In this document: piece by piece, positions 1 through 9,234 of the stretch
How positions within the stretch are numbered: the stretch's first letter is position 1
Layout: every line of letters starts with the position of its first letter
Assembly: GCA_040752575.1 (NCBI GenBank)
Contig: JBFMGK010000072.1
Location: 1-26,144 of the forward strand
Length of the DNA stretch: 26,144 nt
Reading direction: 5' to 3'
DNA from: Candidatus Bipolaricaulota bacterium
GTDB lineage: Bacteria; Bipolaricaulota; Bipolaricaulia; UBA7950; UBA9294
Made by a program: the position numbers and the translations under genes
The notes under the pieces: model-generated
Databases searched by the model: none
Seen by the model: only the letters and a program-made list of their open reading frames with translations
What the model was told of the DNA's origin: nothing

Positions 1-417
1 GCCCCGCCCACCGACACCGCCGCCCGGACTCCGGAGTCCGCGACCTCCGCGAGCACGACGGCGCAGTCCGTGCCGCCGACTGGAGCGCCCACGGCGTCGA
101 CCTCGCAGTCCGGCACGATGGGGACCGGCGAAGGGGTCGGCCAGAGCGGGAGCGCCCCGACCCCTATCTTCGACGACGCCGTGGGTGCCGTGGCCGTCGT
201 CTCTCCGGAGGCCCGTCTGGGCGCTAGCGGCGGCGCCACCGCGTATCTGACGCGTGCCGTCCCCATCGAGCGCGGAACCGGCGATCCCAGCGTGGCGAGC
301 GATGCCGTGCTCGCACCGTCCGCAGTCCACTCGGCCCTCGGGGGACGTACCTTACCCGAGGAAACGACCCAGATCATCCGCGACTACTTCACGCGCATCA
401 CAGAGGAGAGGGAATGA
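1..417 (+). CDS. 5'-truncated protein of the MoxR/VWA operon (low-complexity linker, C-terminal 'P..T..IIRDYF..I' motif)
   Basis: Frame is open from base 1 to TGA at 415-417. Ala/Thr/Ser/Gly-rich linker followed by LPEETTQIIRDYFTRI, resembling the 'P..y...v..YF' tail seen in MoxR-cluster proteins. ATGA overlap with moxR. Confidence 0.7.
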   Translation, partial: APPTDTAARTPESATSASTTAQSVPPTGAPTASTSQSGTMGTGEGVGQSGSAPTPIFDDAVGAVAVVSPEARLGASGGATAYLTRAVPIERGTGDPSVASDAVLAPSAVHSALGGRTLPEETTQIIRDYFTRITEERE

Positions 418-1397
418 ACAACGAGTACGGCCTTGAGAGGTCTGCCGACGCCTTGCGGCGTCTGGAAGAAGCGATCGCCGGCGTCGTGGTGGGGCAGAGG
501 GACGTCGTCCGCTCGACGCTCATCGCTTTCTTGTGCCGCGGCAACCTGCTCCTCGAAGGCGTCCCCGGCCTCGGAAAGACCCTTCTGGTCAGGGCGCTCG
601 CCAGCGCCGTCGCCCTACCGTTTTCGCGCATTCAGTTCACGCCGGATCTCATGCCCACCGACATCGTTGGGACGAACATCCTCACCGAATCCGCCGGGGC
701 TCGCCGCTTCGAGTTTGCGCCGGGGCCCGTGTTCGCCAACGTTGTTCTCGCCGACGAGATCAACCGCGCAACACCTAAGACCCAATCGGCTCTTCTCGAG
801 GCCATGGAGGAGAGAACGGTTTCCATCGCCCGAACCACCTATCCGCTGCCCGAGCCGTTCATCGTGCTCGCAACCCAGAACCCGATCGAGATGGAGGGCA
901 CGTACCCCCTTCCCGAAGCCCAAGTGGACCGCTTCCTGCTGAAGGTGACGGTCGGCTATCCGTCCCTCGACGACCTGGTCAGCATTACCGAGATGAACAG
1001 CGAGGCCTCCGAGCTTGTGCTACCGGGACCCGCCGCCTCCGGCGACGACATCCTCGCAGCACGGCGAATCGTCCGGGATCTCCCCATCGCCGCGGCCCTA
1101 CGTCATGGCGTTGCGCGCCTGGTTCTCGCGACACATCCTGACGGCGCCGAGGCCCCGGCGATGGTGCGCGACTTCGTCGAGTACGGGGCGAGCCCGCGCG
1201 CCGCCATTGCCGTCGTGCTCGCCGCCAAGGCGCACGCCTTCCTCTCGGGACGGGTCCACGTCGCGCCGGACGACATCGCGGCCGTCTTCCCCGCGGCCCT
1301 ACAGCATCGCCTGATTCTCAACTTCCGCGGCGAGGCCGAGGGGATGTCGCCGCGCACCGTGCTGGACGCCGTCTGGAAAAGTGTGTCGGTGGCGTGA
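414..1397 (+). CDS. moxR: MoxR-family AAA+ ATPase
   Basis: Walker A GVPGLGKT, RIQFTPDLMPTDI, Walker B VVLADEINRATPKTQSALLEAM, ATQNPIEMEGTYPLPEAQVDRF, GASPRA. SD-like GAGGAG upstream. Confidence 0.96.
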   Translation: MNNEYGLERSADALRRLEEAIAGVVVGQRDVVRSTLIAFLCRGNLLLEGVPGLGKTLLVRALASAVALPFSRIQFTPDLMPTDIVGTNILTESAGARRFEFAPGPVFANVVLADEINRATPKTQSALLEAMEERTVSIARTTYPLPEPFIVLATQNPIEMEGTYPLPEAQVDRFLLKVTVGYPSLDDLVSITEMNSEASELVLPGPAASGDDILAARRIVRDLPIAAALRHGVARLVLATHPDGAEAPAMVRDFVEYGASPRAAIAVVLAAKAHAFLSGRVHVAPDDIAAVFPAALQHRLILNFRGEAEGMSPRTVLDAVWKSVSVA

Positions 1398-2275
1398 TGC
1401 AGCAACTCATCGACGAGGACTTCCTGCGGCGTCTACCCCAATTGCGTTTCCTCTCGCGCCGCAGGGCCGGAACGCAGCTCGGCGGGACGCACGCGTCGCC
1501 GCGCGCGGGCATGAGCATCGAGTTCGCCGACTATCGAGCCTACACGCCGGGCGATGATTTGCGAGCCGTCGACTGGAATGTGTTTGCTCGCCTCGACCGT
1601 CTCCTGGTGAAGACCTTCGTGCAAGAGGTCGACGTTCCGGTCTATCTCCTCGTCGATGTCAGCGCCTCGATGCGGTGCGGCTCGCCGCCCAAGGCCTTGT
1701 ATGCCGCACGACTTGCGCTTGCCCTTGGGTATCTGGCGCTGCGCGGTCTCGACCGCGTCGGGCTGTTTCCCTTCTCGGAGCGCCTCCTCGACCCCGTCGC
1801 CCCCCGTCACGGCTTGGCGCAGTTTGGGCGCTTCCTTCGCGCACTCTCGCCCATCGATCCTGCAGGCCGGACCTCCCTCCCGGCCAGCGTGGAGCAGTTC
1901 CTCGGCCGCACCCGTGAGAGCGGCATCGTCGTGATCTTGAGCGACTTTCTCTCGGTTGGCGAGCTGGCCGAGCCCCTTGCGCGTCTCCGGCATCGCGGCG
2001 ACGAGGTCGCGGCGATTCAGATCCTTGACCCGAAGGAACAGATGCCGGTCGCAACGGGGCTTGTCGAATTCGTCGACGTCGAGACCGACGAGCGCGTCAC
2101 CCTGCGCGTGGGTCCCGCGGCGCTCGCGGAGTACCGACGGGCCTTCGAGAACCGTCAGCACGCGCTGCGCCACGTCCTCGCTCGCCAGGGGGTCCCGTTG
2201 TTCGTGACCCCCACCAGCCGCCCACTCGAAGCCGTCCTGCATACCGACCTTCGTTCCGGAGGGATTCTGCGATGA
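1394..2275 (+). CDS. DUF58 family protein (VWA-like MoxR partner)
   Basis: G.SIEFADYRAYTPGDDLRAVDWNVFAR signature, MIDAS-like DVSASM, VILSDF. GTGA overlap with moxR (ATG at 1397 is an alternative start). Confidence 0.93.
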   Translation: MMQQLIDEDFLRRLPQLRFLSRRRAGTQLGGTHASPRAGMSIEFADYRAYTPGDDLRAVDWNVFARLDRLLVKTFVQEVDVPVYLLVDVSASMRCGSPPKALYAARLALALGYLALRGLDRVGLFPFSERLLDPVAPRHGLAQFGRFLRALSPIDPAGRTSLPASVEQFLGRTRESGIVVILSDFLSVGELAEPLARLRHRGDEVAAIQILDPKEQMPVATGLVEFVDVETDERVTLRVGPAALAEYRRAFENRQHALRHVLARQGVPLFVTPTSRPLEAVLHTDLRSGGILR

Positions 2276-4050
2276 GTTTCGCCAACCCTGCAGGGCTGGC
2301 CGCACTCGGAGCCGTCTTCCTCGTCATCCTGCTCGCCCTGCTCCGCGTTCGCGAGCGGCGGCGAGAGGTTGCCGAGATCGCTCTGTGGCGCGACCTTCGC
2401 TCAGTGCCGGCGGCGCGCATCCAAAGGGCGCGCGCCCTCGTGGACCCGCTTCTGCTTCTCCAGGTGGCCTGCGCCGCCGCCTTGGCTCTTGCGGTCGCCC
2501 AGCCGGCGTGGCGCGCCCAGACAGAGCGAGGCCAGCACATTGCCGTGCTTCTTGACGCGAGCGCCAGCATGCAGGCCGTTTCGACGGACTCTGCAACGCT
2601 CTTCGCACAAGCCGTTCAGGTCGCCGTCCAACAGCTCGACCGTCTCCCTGCGCCGAACGTGAGTGTGGTACTGGTCTCGTCCCGCCCCTCGGTCCTCGTC
2701 GGCCCGGAACCGTATGGATCGTCAACTCGTGCGGTTCTCCATAGCTCCGCACCTTCGTGGAATGGGGATGCCGACGGAGATGACATCTTGTCGGCCCTTG
2801 CCGCGCTTGGCGGCGCGGAGGCTTTCGACCGCATCCTTTGGTTCGGGGATCGTCCTCCCGTCTCGCTGCCCTTCGCCATCGAAGCGGTCGTTCTCCCCCG
2901 CGAGGCCAATCTCGCCATCACCCAGTTCGCGGTGCGGGAGCGCGCGTCGGGAGGCGTCTCGGCCTTCGTCGAGGTCGCCAACGAAACCGTAGAATTCCAG
3001 TCGTTGGCCGTCGTCGTCTCCGACGGCTCCACGCGGGCCAACGTCGAGACGCTGCTCGAGCCCGGCGAACGCGGGGCCGTCACGGCCTTCTTCCCGTCCT
3101 CGCGCGGATCCCGCTTCACGGCGTCGCTCGCCGCCGACGATGGGTTCGTCGCCGACAATGTCCGCTATGCCGCCATCGACCGATCGCCGCCGCTATCGGT
3201 GCGCTGGATCGGAGAGGACAACCGCTTCCTGCGCTCGGCGCTCGAAGCGGCCGCGCCGCTGGAGTTCACCGACGCCGCGGAGGCCGATCTGACGGTGGTC
3301 TACGACGCCGCGCTGGCGCAGCTCCCGCCGAGGCCCGCGCTGCTCGTCCGCGCACAACTTCCCGGACTCGTGACCGAGAGTAACGCATCCGTCAGCGGTT
3401 TCGCCGCCTCGGACGTCTCGCATCCGCTCCTCGAGGGGGTGCGCCCCGAAGAGATCTACGTTGAACACCTTGATCGGGCGGAGGTTGCCCTACCTCACCG
3501 CGTTCTGCTGCGCGTCGGCGACAACCCACTACTGATCGAGGTCGCCGATCCCGAGGCTCGCCACTACGTGCTCCTCTCCGATCTCACCGCCACGAATCTG
3601 CCGATCACGGTCGAGTTCCCGATCCTTATTCGCAATTTGATCGAGCTGGCCGTGCAACGTGCCACGCCCGCGCCCGGCGATGAGGCCCTCGTCGGTCGGA
3701 TTCTGCCGCTGCCGGCGAGCGGAGATGCAACGGCATGGGGACCAGCCGGCGACGTGGACGTCCTCAGGATCGGGGACAACGAACTCGCCATCCTCCCTGA
3801 GAAACCAGGGTTCTACGGGATCGCCGGCCCGGACGGCGAGCGCGTCGTGGCCGTCAACCTGGACTCGTGTGAGTCGACGCTCTCCGCGCCGGACATGATC
3901 TCGGAAGAGCCTGCAGGATTCGCTGGCGCGGTCACCCAACCCCACTGGAGGTCTCTCGGGCCCGGCCTCGCTGGCGCCGCGCTCGCACTTCTGCTCATCG
4001 AGTCGTACGTGGAATCGTCGCGCAGGCGGCGCGGGGGGAGAGGACTGTGA
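2272..4050 (+). CDS. BatA-type N-terminal membrane anchor + VWA domain protein, C-terminal TM helix
   Basis: MSFANPAGL...LW...LLLLQ..LALAVAQP N-terminus, MIDAS LLDASASM, Ig-like segment ending DGFVADNVRY, PGFY...AVN and a C-terminal hydrophobic helix LALLLIE. Confidence 0.85.
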   Translation: MSFANPAGLAALGAVFLVILLALLRVRERRREVAEIALWRDLRSVPAARIQRARALVDPLLLLQVACAAALALAVAQPAWRAQTERGQHIAVLLDASASMQAVSTDSATLFAQAVQVAVQQLDRLPAPNVSVVLVSSRPSVLVGPEPYGSSTRAVLHSSAPSWNGDADGDDILSALAALGGAEAFDRILWFGDRPPVSLPFAIEAVVLPREANLAITQFAVRERASGGVSAFVEVANETVEFQSLAVVVSDGSTRANVETLLEPGERGAVTAFFPSSRGSRFTASLAADDGFVADNVRYAAIDRSPPLSVRWIGEDNRFLRSALEAAAPLEFTDAAEADLTVVYDAALAQLPPRPALLVRAQLPGLVTESNASVSGFAASDVSHPLLEGVRPEEIYVEHLDRAEVALPHRVLLRVGDNPLLIEVADPEARHYVLLSDLTATNLPITVEFPILIRNLIELAVQRATPAPGDEALVGRILPLPASGDATAWGPAGDVDVLRIGDNELAILPEKPGFYGIAGPDGERVVAVNLDSCESTLSAPDMISEEPAGFAGAVTQPHWRSLGPGLAGAALALLLIESYVESSRRRRGGRGL

Positions 4051-6521
4051 TTCGCTTCGCCTCACCCCTACTGCTCCTTCTGGTCGTCGCGGCTCTCCTT
4101 CCCATGGCCTGGGCTCCTCGGGCAGGAAGGCGGCGTATCGCCGTTCGCGCCGCCGCCGTGCTCCTCGCCGTCGCGGCCCTCGCGGACCCACGCTGGATCC
4201 GCGTCTCGGATCGCAACAACGTCGTGTTCCTCATCGATCGCTCGCCGAGCGTCGAACGATCGGCCGACGCCCGGGCAACGCAGGCACGCGTGGCGACTCT
4301 GGCACAGACGAATCCAACGTGGAGATACGCGGTCGTGAGTTTCGCTTCGGACGCCGGGGTCGACTCGCCGCTCGGCGCTCAACCTCGCGTCGCGGAGACG
4401 CCCCCGAACGGCGAAGCGACACGGCTCGCCGAAGCCGTTCGCTTAGGACTCGCCCTGATTCCGGAGGGCGAGCCCGGCCAGCTCGTCGTATTCAGCGACG
4501 GCCGCTTCGACGACGCGGAGGAAGCGGCGGCCGAGGCGGCGCTCGCCGGCGTGCCGATCCATGGAGTCCCGGCCGGGGAGCGTCTTGCCCACGACGCGCG
4601 TGTCGTAGAGCTCGAGGCGCCTCCCGAGGTTTCGATCGGCCGGCCTGTCGCGCTTCGTGGCGTCATCGCGTCCACGGGGTCCGGATCCGCGACGCTTGCT
4701 CTGTACCGCAACGGCTGGCTTGCCGAGGCAAGGACTCTCGACTTGGCGGAAGGCGAGACGGTGTTCACGTTCGTCGACTCCCCAACCGCGCCTGGTCTGA
4801 TCGACTACCGGGTCGTCGTGAAGGCGGAGGGCGACCCCGTACAGGAAAACGACGCGCGCTCGGCGCTCGTTCGAACGACGGATCGGCCTTCGATTCTCGT
4901 CGTCGACGCGCTGGGCGATTCGGCCGTACCGGCCCTCCTGGACGCCGCCGGGATCCCCTTCGTGGAGACAGCCTCGATGCCCGGACTTTCCTCCCTCGCT
5001 GACGTGCGCCAGGTCATCCTTGCCGGTGTCTCGCTGCCTGACCTCACCTCGTCCCACGTCGCGTCGCTCGAACACTTCGTGCGCGATCTTGGGGGCGGAC
5101 TCCTCGTCCTTCACGGGGAAGACGAAGCGGTGGGGTTCGAACGCGGCGGCATCGAACCCCTGTTGCCCGTGTCCTTCTCCGTGCCCGAGACGGCCCGCGA
5201 ACCCTCGTTGGCCGTCGTCTTTCTGCTCGACCGATCGAGCAGCATGGGCGAACTCGCGGCAGCGAAGCGAAAGATCCGGGTGGTTCGCGAGGCGGCCGCG
5301 GCAAGCCTGCTTATCCTCCCGCCCGAGACGCTCGTAGGCATCATCGCGTTCTACGATGCCTACGACTGGGTGTTTCCCCTGCAGCCTCTCGGGGATGGAT
5401 CGCAGGCCTACCTGGCGCTGTCATCGATCGAGGCCTTCGGCGGCACCGACCTCTACGGTCCCCTGGACGATGCCGTCGACCGCCTACTCGGAACTCCGGC
5501 ACGGGTGAAGCACTTGATTCTGATCTCGGACGGTCAGACCACCGAGGTCGGCCGGGACTACCCGTCGCTATTCGGCAAACTCGGCGAGCATCCAGAGATC
5601 ACGCTATCGGCGATCGCCGTGAGTTCGTCGCCGAACGTATCCTTTCTCGAACGGCTCGCCGACGCCGCTCACGGTGAGATCTACTACGCCACCGACTTCG
5701 CGACCTTGCCTCAAGTGGCGCTCCGTGTCACGCAACGCCTCGGCCGCAGTCGATTCGTCCGCGGCGCCGCAACCGTCGCCGCCCACGGCGGATTCAGCAC
5801 GCTTCCGCCCATCCCTCCGATCTCGGGCTACGTCCTCACCTATCCGCGGCCGGAGTCGACCACCTTGCTGGGCGTCGGCGACGACCCCCTGTTCGCCACA
5901 TGGCGCGTGGGCCTTGGGGCGGTTTCGCTCCTGAACACAGACCTGCGCGGCCTGTGGACCCGCGAGTGGATGACCTGGGATGGCGCCGCGCGCCTGTTCG
6001 AGCAGATGCTGGCGACGACCGAACCGCTCGTCGCGCCGTCCGAGGGTTTCGTCCCTTCGGTCGCCCTTTCCCCCCTCCGGACTCAGGTCTACATCGACGC
6101 GCGAACGAGCGACGGAGGGTTCGCCGACCTGCTCTCTCTTTCCGCGTCTCTCGTCCCAACAGCCCTCGACGTTGCCCTACGCCAAGTTGCCCCCGGCTTC
6201 TACCGCGGCGAGATCCCCACGCCGCCCGAGGGCGCGTACGCTTTGGTCGGCCGCGACGCCGGCTCGGGACGTTCGTTCACCCTCCCGGTCACCATTCCCT
6301 ACTCGCCGGAGTACGATGTGTTCGGCGTCGACGCAGCCACCCTCACAGCGCTCGCCGAGACCACCAGAGGGCGCGTCCTCTCCGAGACGGACTCGTTGAC
6401 CCCCTCGTCCGCCCGCGGGCCCGCGGAGCATGTCCCGCTCGCCCCCCTCTTCCTCGGCCTTTCCCTCGTCGCCTTCCTTGCAGATCTGGGACTGCGACGA
6501 CGATCGCCCCACCCCGATTGA
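4047..6521 (+). CDS. Membrane-anchored protein with two VWA domains and a glutamine-amidotransferase-like (DUF1355-type) domain
   Basis: N-terminal TM pair; VWA1 FLIDRSPS...FSDG; Ig-like DPVQEND; GATase-like LEHFVRDLGGGLLV...IEPLLPV; VWA2 LLDRSSSM, GGTDLY, ILISDG; then DPLFATWRVGLG and a C-terminal TM helix. Confidence 0.85.
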   Translation: MIRFASPLLLLLVVAALLPMAWAPRAGRRRIAVRAAAVLLAVAALADPRWIRVSDRNNVVFLIDRSPSVERSADARATQARVATLAQTNPTWRYAVVSFASDAGVDSPLGAQPRVAETPPNGEATRLAEAVRLGLALIPEGEPGQLVVFSDGRFDDAEEAAAEAALAGVPIHGVPAGERLAHDARVVELEAPPEVSIGRPVALRGVIASTGSGSATLALYRNGWLAEARTLDLAEGETVFTFVDSPTAPGLIDYRVVVKAEGDPVQENDARSALVRTTDRPSILVVDALGDSAVPALLDAAGIPFVETASMPGLSSLADVRQVILAGVSLPDLTSSHVASLEHFVRDLGGGLLVLHGEDEAVGFERGGIEPLLPVSFSVPETAREPSLAVVFLLDRSSSMGELAAAKRKIRVVREAAAASLLILPPETLVGIIAFYDAYDWVFPLQPLGDGSQAYLALSSIEAFGGTDLYGPLDDAVDRLLGTPARVKHLILISDGQTTEVGRDYPSLFGKLGEHPEITLSAIAVSSSPNVSFLERLADAAHGEIYYATDFATLPQVALRVTQRLGRSRFVRGAATVAAHGGFSTLPPIPPISGYVLTYPRPESTTLLGVGDDPLFATWRVGLGAVSLLNTDLRGLWTREWMTWDGAARLFEQMLATTEPLVAPSEGFVPSVALSPLRTQVYIDARTSDGGFADLLSLSASLVPTALDVALRQVAPGFYRGEIPTPPEGAYALVGRDAGSGRSFTLPVTIPYSPEYDVFGVDAATLTALAETTRGRVLSETDSLTPSSARGPAEHVPLAPLFLGLSLVAFLADLGLRRRSPHPD

Positions 6522-6546
6522 ACCCCGCAAACGCAGTACCTATAAT
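6518..6546 (+). promoter_or_regulatory. sigma70-type promoter for tRNA-Pro / dnaX
   Basis: TTGAAC (6518-6523), 17 bp spacer, TATAAT (6541-6546), 10 nt before the tRNA. Confidence 0.85.
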
Positions 6547-6556
6547 CACGATCCCG

Positions 6557-6633
6557 CGGGGAGTGGCGCAGCCTGGTAGCGCGCCTGCTTTGGGAGCAGG
6601 AAGCCGCTGGTTCAAATCCAGTCTCCCCGACCA
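6557..6633 (+). tRNA. tRNA-Pro (anticodon TGG), CCA encoded
   Basis: Acceptor stem CGGGGAG/CTCCCCG followed by ACCA; D arm GCGC..GCGC; anticodon stem CCTGC/GCAGG with loop TT-TGG-GA (TGG at 6591-6593); T loop TTCAAAT. 77 nt. Confidence 0.98.
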
Positions 6634-6648
6634 CGGGAGGGGGTTCGC

Positions 6649-8130
6649 GTGAACGACGCTGCCGGGCATCTCTCGCTCTACCGTCGCTGGCGTCCACAGC
6701 GGTTTGGCGACGTCGTCGGCCAAGACGACGTCGTCCGCACGCTCCGCAATGCCTTGTCGTCCGGCGAAGTGTCTCACGCCTACCTCTTCGCCGGTGAGCG
6801 AGGCATCGGCAAGACATCGGTGGCAAGAATCCTTGCGCGCGCGGTCAACTGCCTGAACCCCGAGGCCGGAGAACCCTGCAATCGCTGTTCGAACTGCGGC
6901 ACGATCCTCTCGGGGAGGTCCCTCGACATCGCGGAGATCGACGGCGCTTCGAATCGCGGCATTGACCACATCCGAAAGCTCCGCGAGGACGTCGCATTCG
7001 CCCCGACGGATCTCAAGAGGAAAGTCTACATCATCGACGAAGTGCACATGCTTACGACGGAGGCGTTCAACGCGCTCCTGAAGACGCTCGAGGAGCCTCC
7101 TCCCCACGTCATGTTCATCTTCGCCACGACAGAACCCCACAAACTGCCGCGAACGATCGTCTCGCGATGCCAAGCGTTTGAGTTCCGCCGGCTCACATCC
7201 GATCGCATCGCCGCCCACCTCGGAAGGATCGCGTCCGCGGAGTCGATCTCGCTGACGCCGGAGGCGCAACACCTGATCGCCGAGCGCGCGAATGGCGGAC
7301 TGCGCGACGCCGTCGTGATGCTCGAGCAGGCGGCGGCGTATGGACAGGGAGAGATCGGCGCAGCGGCTGTCCTAGACATGCTCGGCCTCGCCGCCCGTGC
7401 CACGCACGAGGAATTCCTGGCGGCTCTCGAGAGCGGAGATCGGCCGGCTCTCGTGTCCCTTGTGAGCGACCTCGCCGAGCGCGGGAAGGACCTCGAGACC
7501 TTCCTGGGCGACTCCATCGACCTGTTGAGGACGCGTATCGCCGCGGACCCCGCCCACGCCGAGACGTCCATCGACCTGGCACGCGGCCTGCTTACGATCA
7601 AGGCCGACCTCTTCCGGACCCTGGATCGGCGGATCCGCTTCGAGATCGGCACTCTCGCCCTCGCCGCGTCGCGTCCCGCACACACCTCGAAGTCCTCGCC
7701 CTCGCCGCGGCCCGCCGCGCCCCTCGTCTCCCCTGTTGCTCCGCAGCCGTCTCCCGCCGCTTCCGAGCGCCGTTCCGACCCGCTTCCCGAGACGTTGGCC
7801 AGCACATGGAGAGGCTTGATGGCGGAGGTCGAGCAGGACCGGATCGCCGTTGCCGCCTACCTTACGGAGGCCGCGCCACACCTGGACGGGGAGCGCCTCG
7901 TTCTCTCGTTCCACCCCGAGCACACCTTCCACAAAGAGAGCCTCGAGAAGGTCGAGAATCTCCACTACCTCGCGGGTGCAGTGCGGCGGCACTTCGGGGA
8001 TTCCGTCCGCGTCGACATCCGCTTCGACGCATCGGTCGAAAGAAAGCCGCTTCCGCGCGAGATCTTGCTTGAAAAGGCCCGCCTAGTCTGTGAGACGTTC
8101 GGGGGCCAGATCCTGAAGGAGGAGCTGTGA
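6649..8130 (+). CDS. dnaX: DNA polymerase III subunit gamma/tau
   Basis: LYRRWRPQRFGDVVGQ, HAYLFAGERGIGKTS, Zn-binding C..PCNRCSNC, EIDGASNRGID, IIDEVHML, FNALLKTLEEPP, SRC. GTG start with SD GGGAGG at 6635-6640. Confidence 0.97.
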   Translation: MNDAAGHLSLYRRWRPQRFGDVVGQDDVVRTLRNALSSGEVSHAYLFAGERGIGKTSVARILARAVNCLNPEAGEPCNRCSNCGTILSGRSLDIAEIDGASNRGIDHIRKLREDVAFAPTDLKRKVYIIDEVHMLTTEAFNALLKTLEEPPPHVMFIFATTEPHKLPRTIVSRCQAFEFRRLTSDRIAAHLGRIASAESISLTPEAQHLIAERANGGLRDAVVMLEQAAAYGQGEIGAAAVLDMLGLAARATHEEFLAALESGDRPALVSLVSDLAERGKDLETFLGDSIDLLRTRIAADPAHAETSIDLARGLLTIKADLFRTLDRRIRFEIGTLALAASRPAHTSKSSPSPRPAAPLVSPVAPQPSPAASERRSDPLPETLASTWRGLMAEVEQDRIAVAAYLTEAAPHLDGERLVLSFHPEHTFHKESLEKVENLHYLAGAVRRHFGDSVRVDIRFDASVERKPLPREILLEKARLVCETFGGQILKEEL

Positions 8131-8456
8131 AAGGCATGGGGAATCTGAGCGGCCTGATGAAGCAGGCCAAGAAGCTCCAAGAAGACCTCGAGCGAGCGCA
8201 GGCCGAGATCGCGCAGATGAGGGTCGCCGCCTCTTCCGGGGGCGGGATGGTTACGGCCACGGTCAACGGCCGCGGGGAGCTTGAGGGCCTCTCCCTCGAG
8301 AAGGAGGTCGTTGATCCGAGCGATGTCGAGATGCTCGCTGACCTCGTGCTCGCCGCGGTTCAGGAGGCACAGCGCAAGGCCCAGGCAGCAGCCCAAGAGA
8401 AACTCGGGCCCCTCGCGCAAGGTCTGGGTGGAATCCCGAATCTGCCGGGACTCTAG
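8127..8456 (+). CDS. ybaB: YbaB/EbfC nucleoid-associated protein
   Basis: MKQAKKLQE...SGGGMVTATVNG...VDPSDVEMLADLVLAAV. Canonical position after dnaX; SD AGGAGGAG. Confidence 0.95.
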   Translation: MKGMGNLSGLMKQAKKLQEDLERAQAEIAQMRVAASSGGGMVTATVNGRGELEGLSLEKEVVDPSDVEMLADLVLAAVQEAQRKAQAAAQEKLGPLAQGLGGIPNLPGL

Positions 8457-8473
8457 GTGCCGCAGGGTCTGCC

Positions 8474-8502
8474 TTGCGCTGCCCTTCGCGCTTTCGTATA
8501 TT
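8474..8502 (+). promoter_or_regulatory. sigma70-type promoter
   Basis: TTGCGC (8474-8479), 17 bp, TATATT (8497-8502) in the ybaB-zinc ribbon intergenic gap. Confidence 0.65.
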
Positions 8503-8532
8503 TACGGGGAACTCCGTCACGGGGAGGTGGCG

Positions 8533-9234
8533 TTGCTCGGCGAGATCTCACGGCTTCTCGGCCTGCAGCGCGCCGACGAGGCTCTCGTCGAGGCGCGCAG
8601 CCACACGGACCGCCTTCGCGCCCAGCGACGGGCGATCGAGAAGAAGATCGACTCCGAACGTGCCGCCGTCGCCGCCCTTCGCGAGGAATTGCAGCGCCTC
8701 GAGCGCGACAGCAAGATGCGCAATCTCGAGGTCGACGAACTCGACGCGCACATCCGCGGCTATCAGAAGCGTCTCGACGAGGGCATTATCAGCTTCAAGG
8801 AGATGGAGGACCTCCGCGTGAAGATCGCCAGCGAGAAGGCGCGCATCGATCGGCTCGAGGACGAGGCTCTCGAAGCGATGGCGGCGATCGAGACCGCCCG
8901 CGGAGCGCTCGTCGAGGCCGAGGGTGCCCTTGTTCCGCGCGAAGCCCAACTCCGCGAAACGCTTGCCGCGATCGACGTCGAGATCTCCGGTTCGACTTCA
9001 CAAAGCGAGGCGCTCGCCGCCGAGCGCTCGCGTCTCTCCCTTGACGTGCCTCCCTACTTGCTGTCCCAGTACGAGGCCCTGCGGGCCAACGTCTCCCATC
9101 CCGTGGCCACCCTCGAGCACGGCACATGCGGCGGGTGCAAGCTGCGCGTGAGCGCTAACACGGTGGAACGAGCCCGCGGCGGGATGGGCGTCGTCACATG
9201 CGAACACTGCTCGCGCATTCTCTACGTCTCCTGA
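8533..9234 (+). CDS. Coiled-coil protein with C-terminal C4 zinc ribbon (COG1579 / CT398-HP0958-like)
   Basis: LL.LQ..D start, long coiled coil, LLSQYE, CGGC...CEHCSRIL. Start moved to TTG 8533 because SD GGAGGT lies at 8523-8528 and the ORF-track start overlaps ybaB. Confidence 0.9.
   Translation: MLGEISRLLGLQRADEALVEARSHTDRLRAQRRAIEKKIDSERAAVAALREELQRLERDSKMRNLEVDELDAHIRGYQKRLDEGIISFKEMEDLRVKIASEKARIDRLEDEALEAMAAIETARGALVEAEGALVPREAQLRETLAAIDVEISGSTSQSEALAAERSRLSLDVPPYLLSQYEALRANVSHPVATLEHGTCGGCKLRVSANTVERARGGMGVVTCEHCSRILYVS

Noticed and set aside
1433..2305. 290-aa antisense ORF and other long shadow ORFs (e.g. 6343-7272, 11568-12416, 16978-17796, 20920-21759)
   Set aside because: They lie opposite well-supported genes and have no recognisable motifs; long stop-free antisense frames are expected at this GC content.
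6557..6660. tRNA genes as integration sites for an island or prophage
   Set aside because: No integrase, no duplicated tRNA 3' end and no visible compositional shift near either tRNA.
7670..7800. Programmed frameshift generating the DnaX gamma subunit
   Set aside because: The Pro/Ser-rich linker is present, but I saw no A-AAA-AAG or long A-run slippery site.
8281..8532. ORF-track N-terminal extensions of the COG1579 gene (likewise obgE, nadD, rplU, metG and moaD)
   Set aside because: They overlap neighbouring genes or promoters; downstream starts match family N-termini and mostly have SD sequences.
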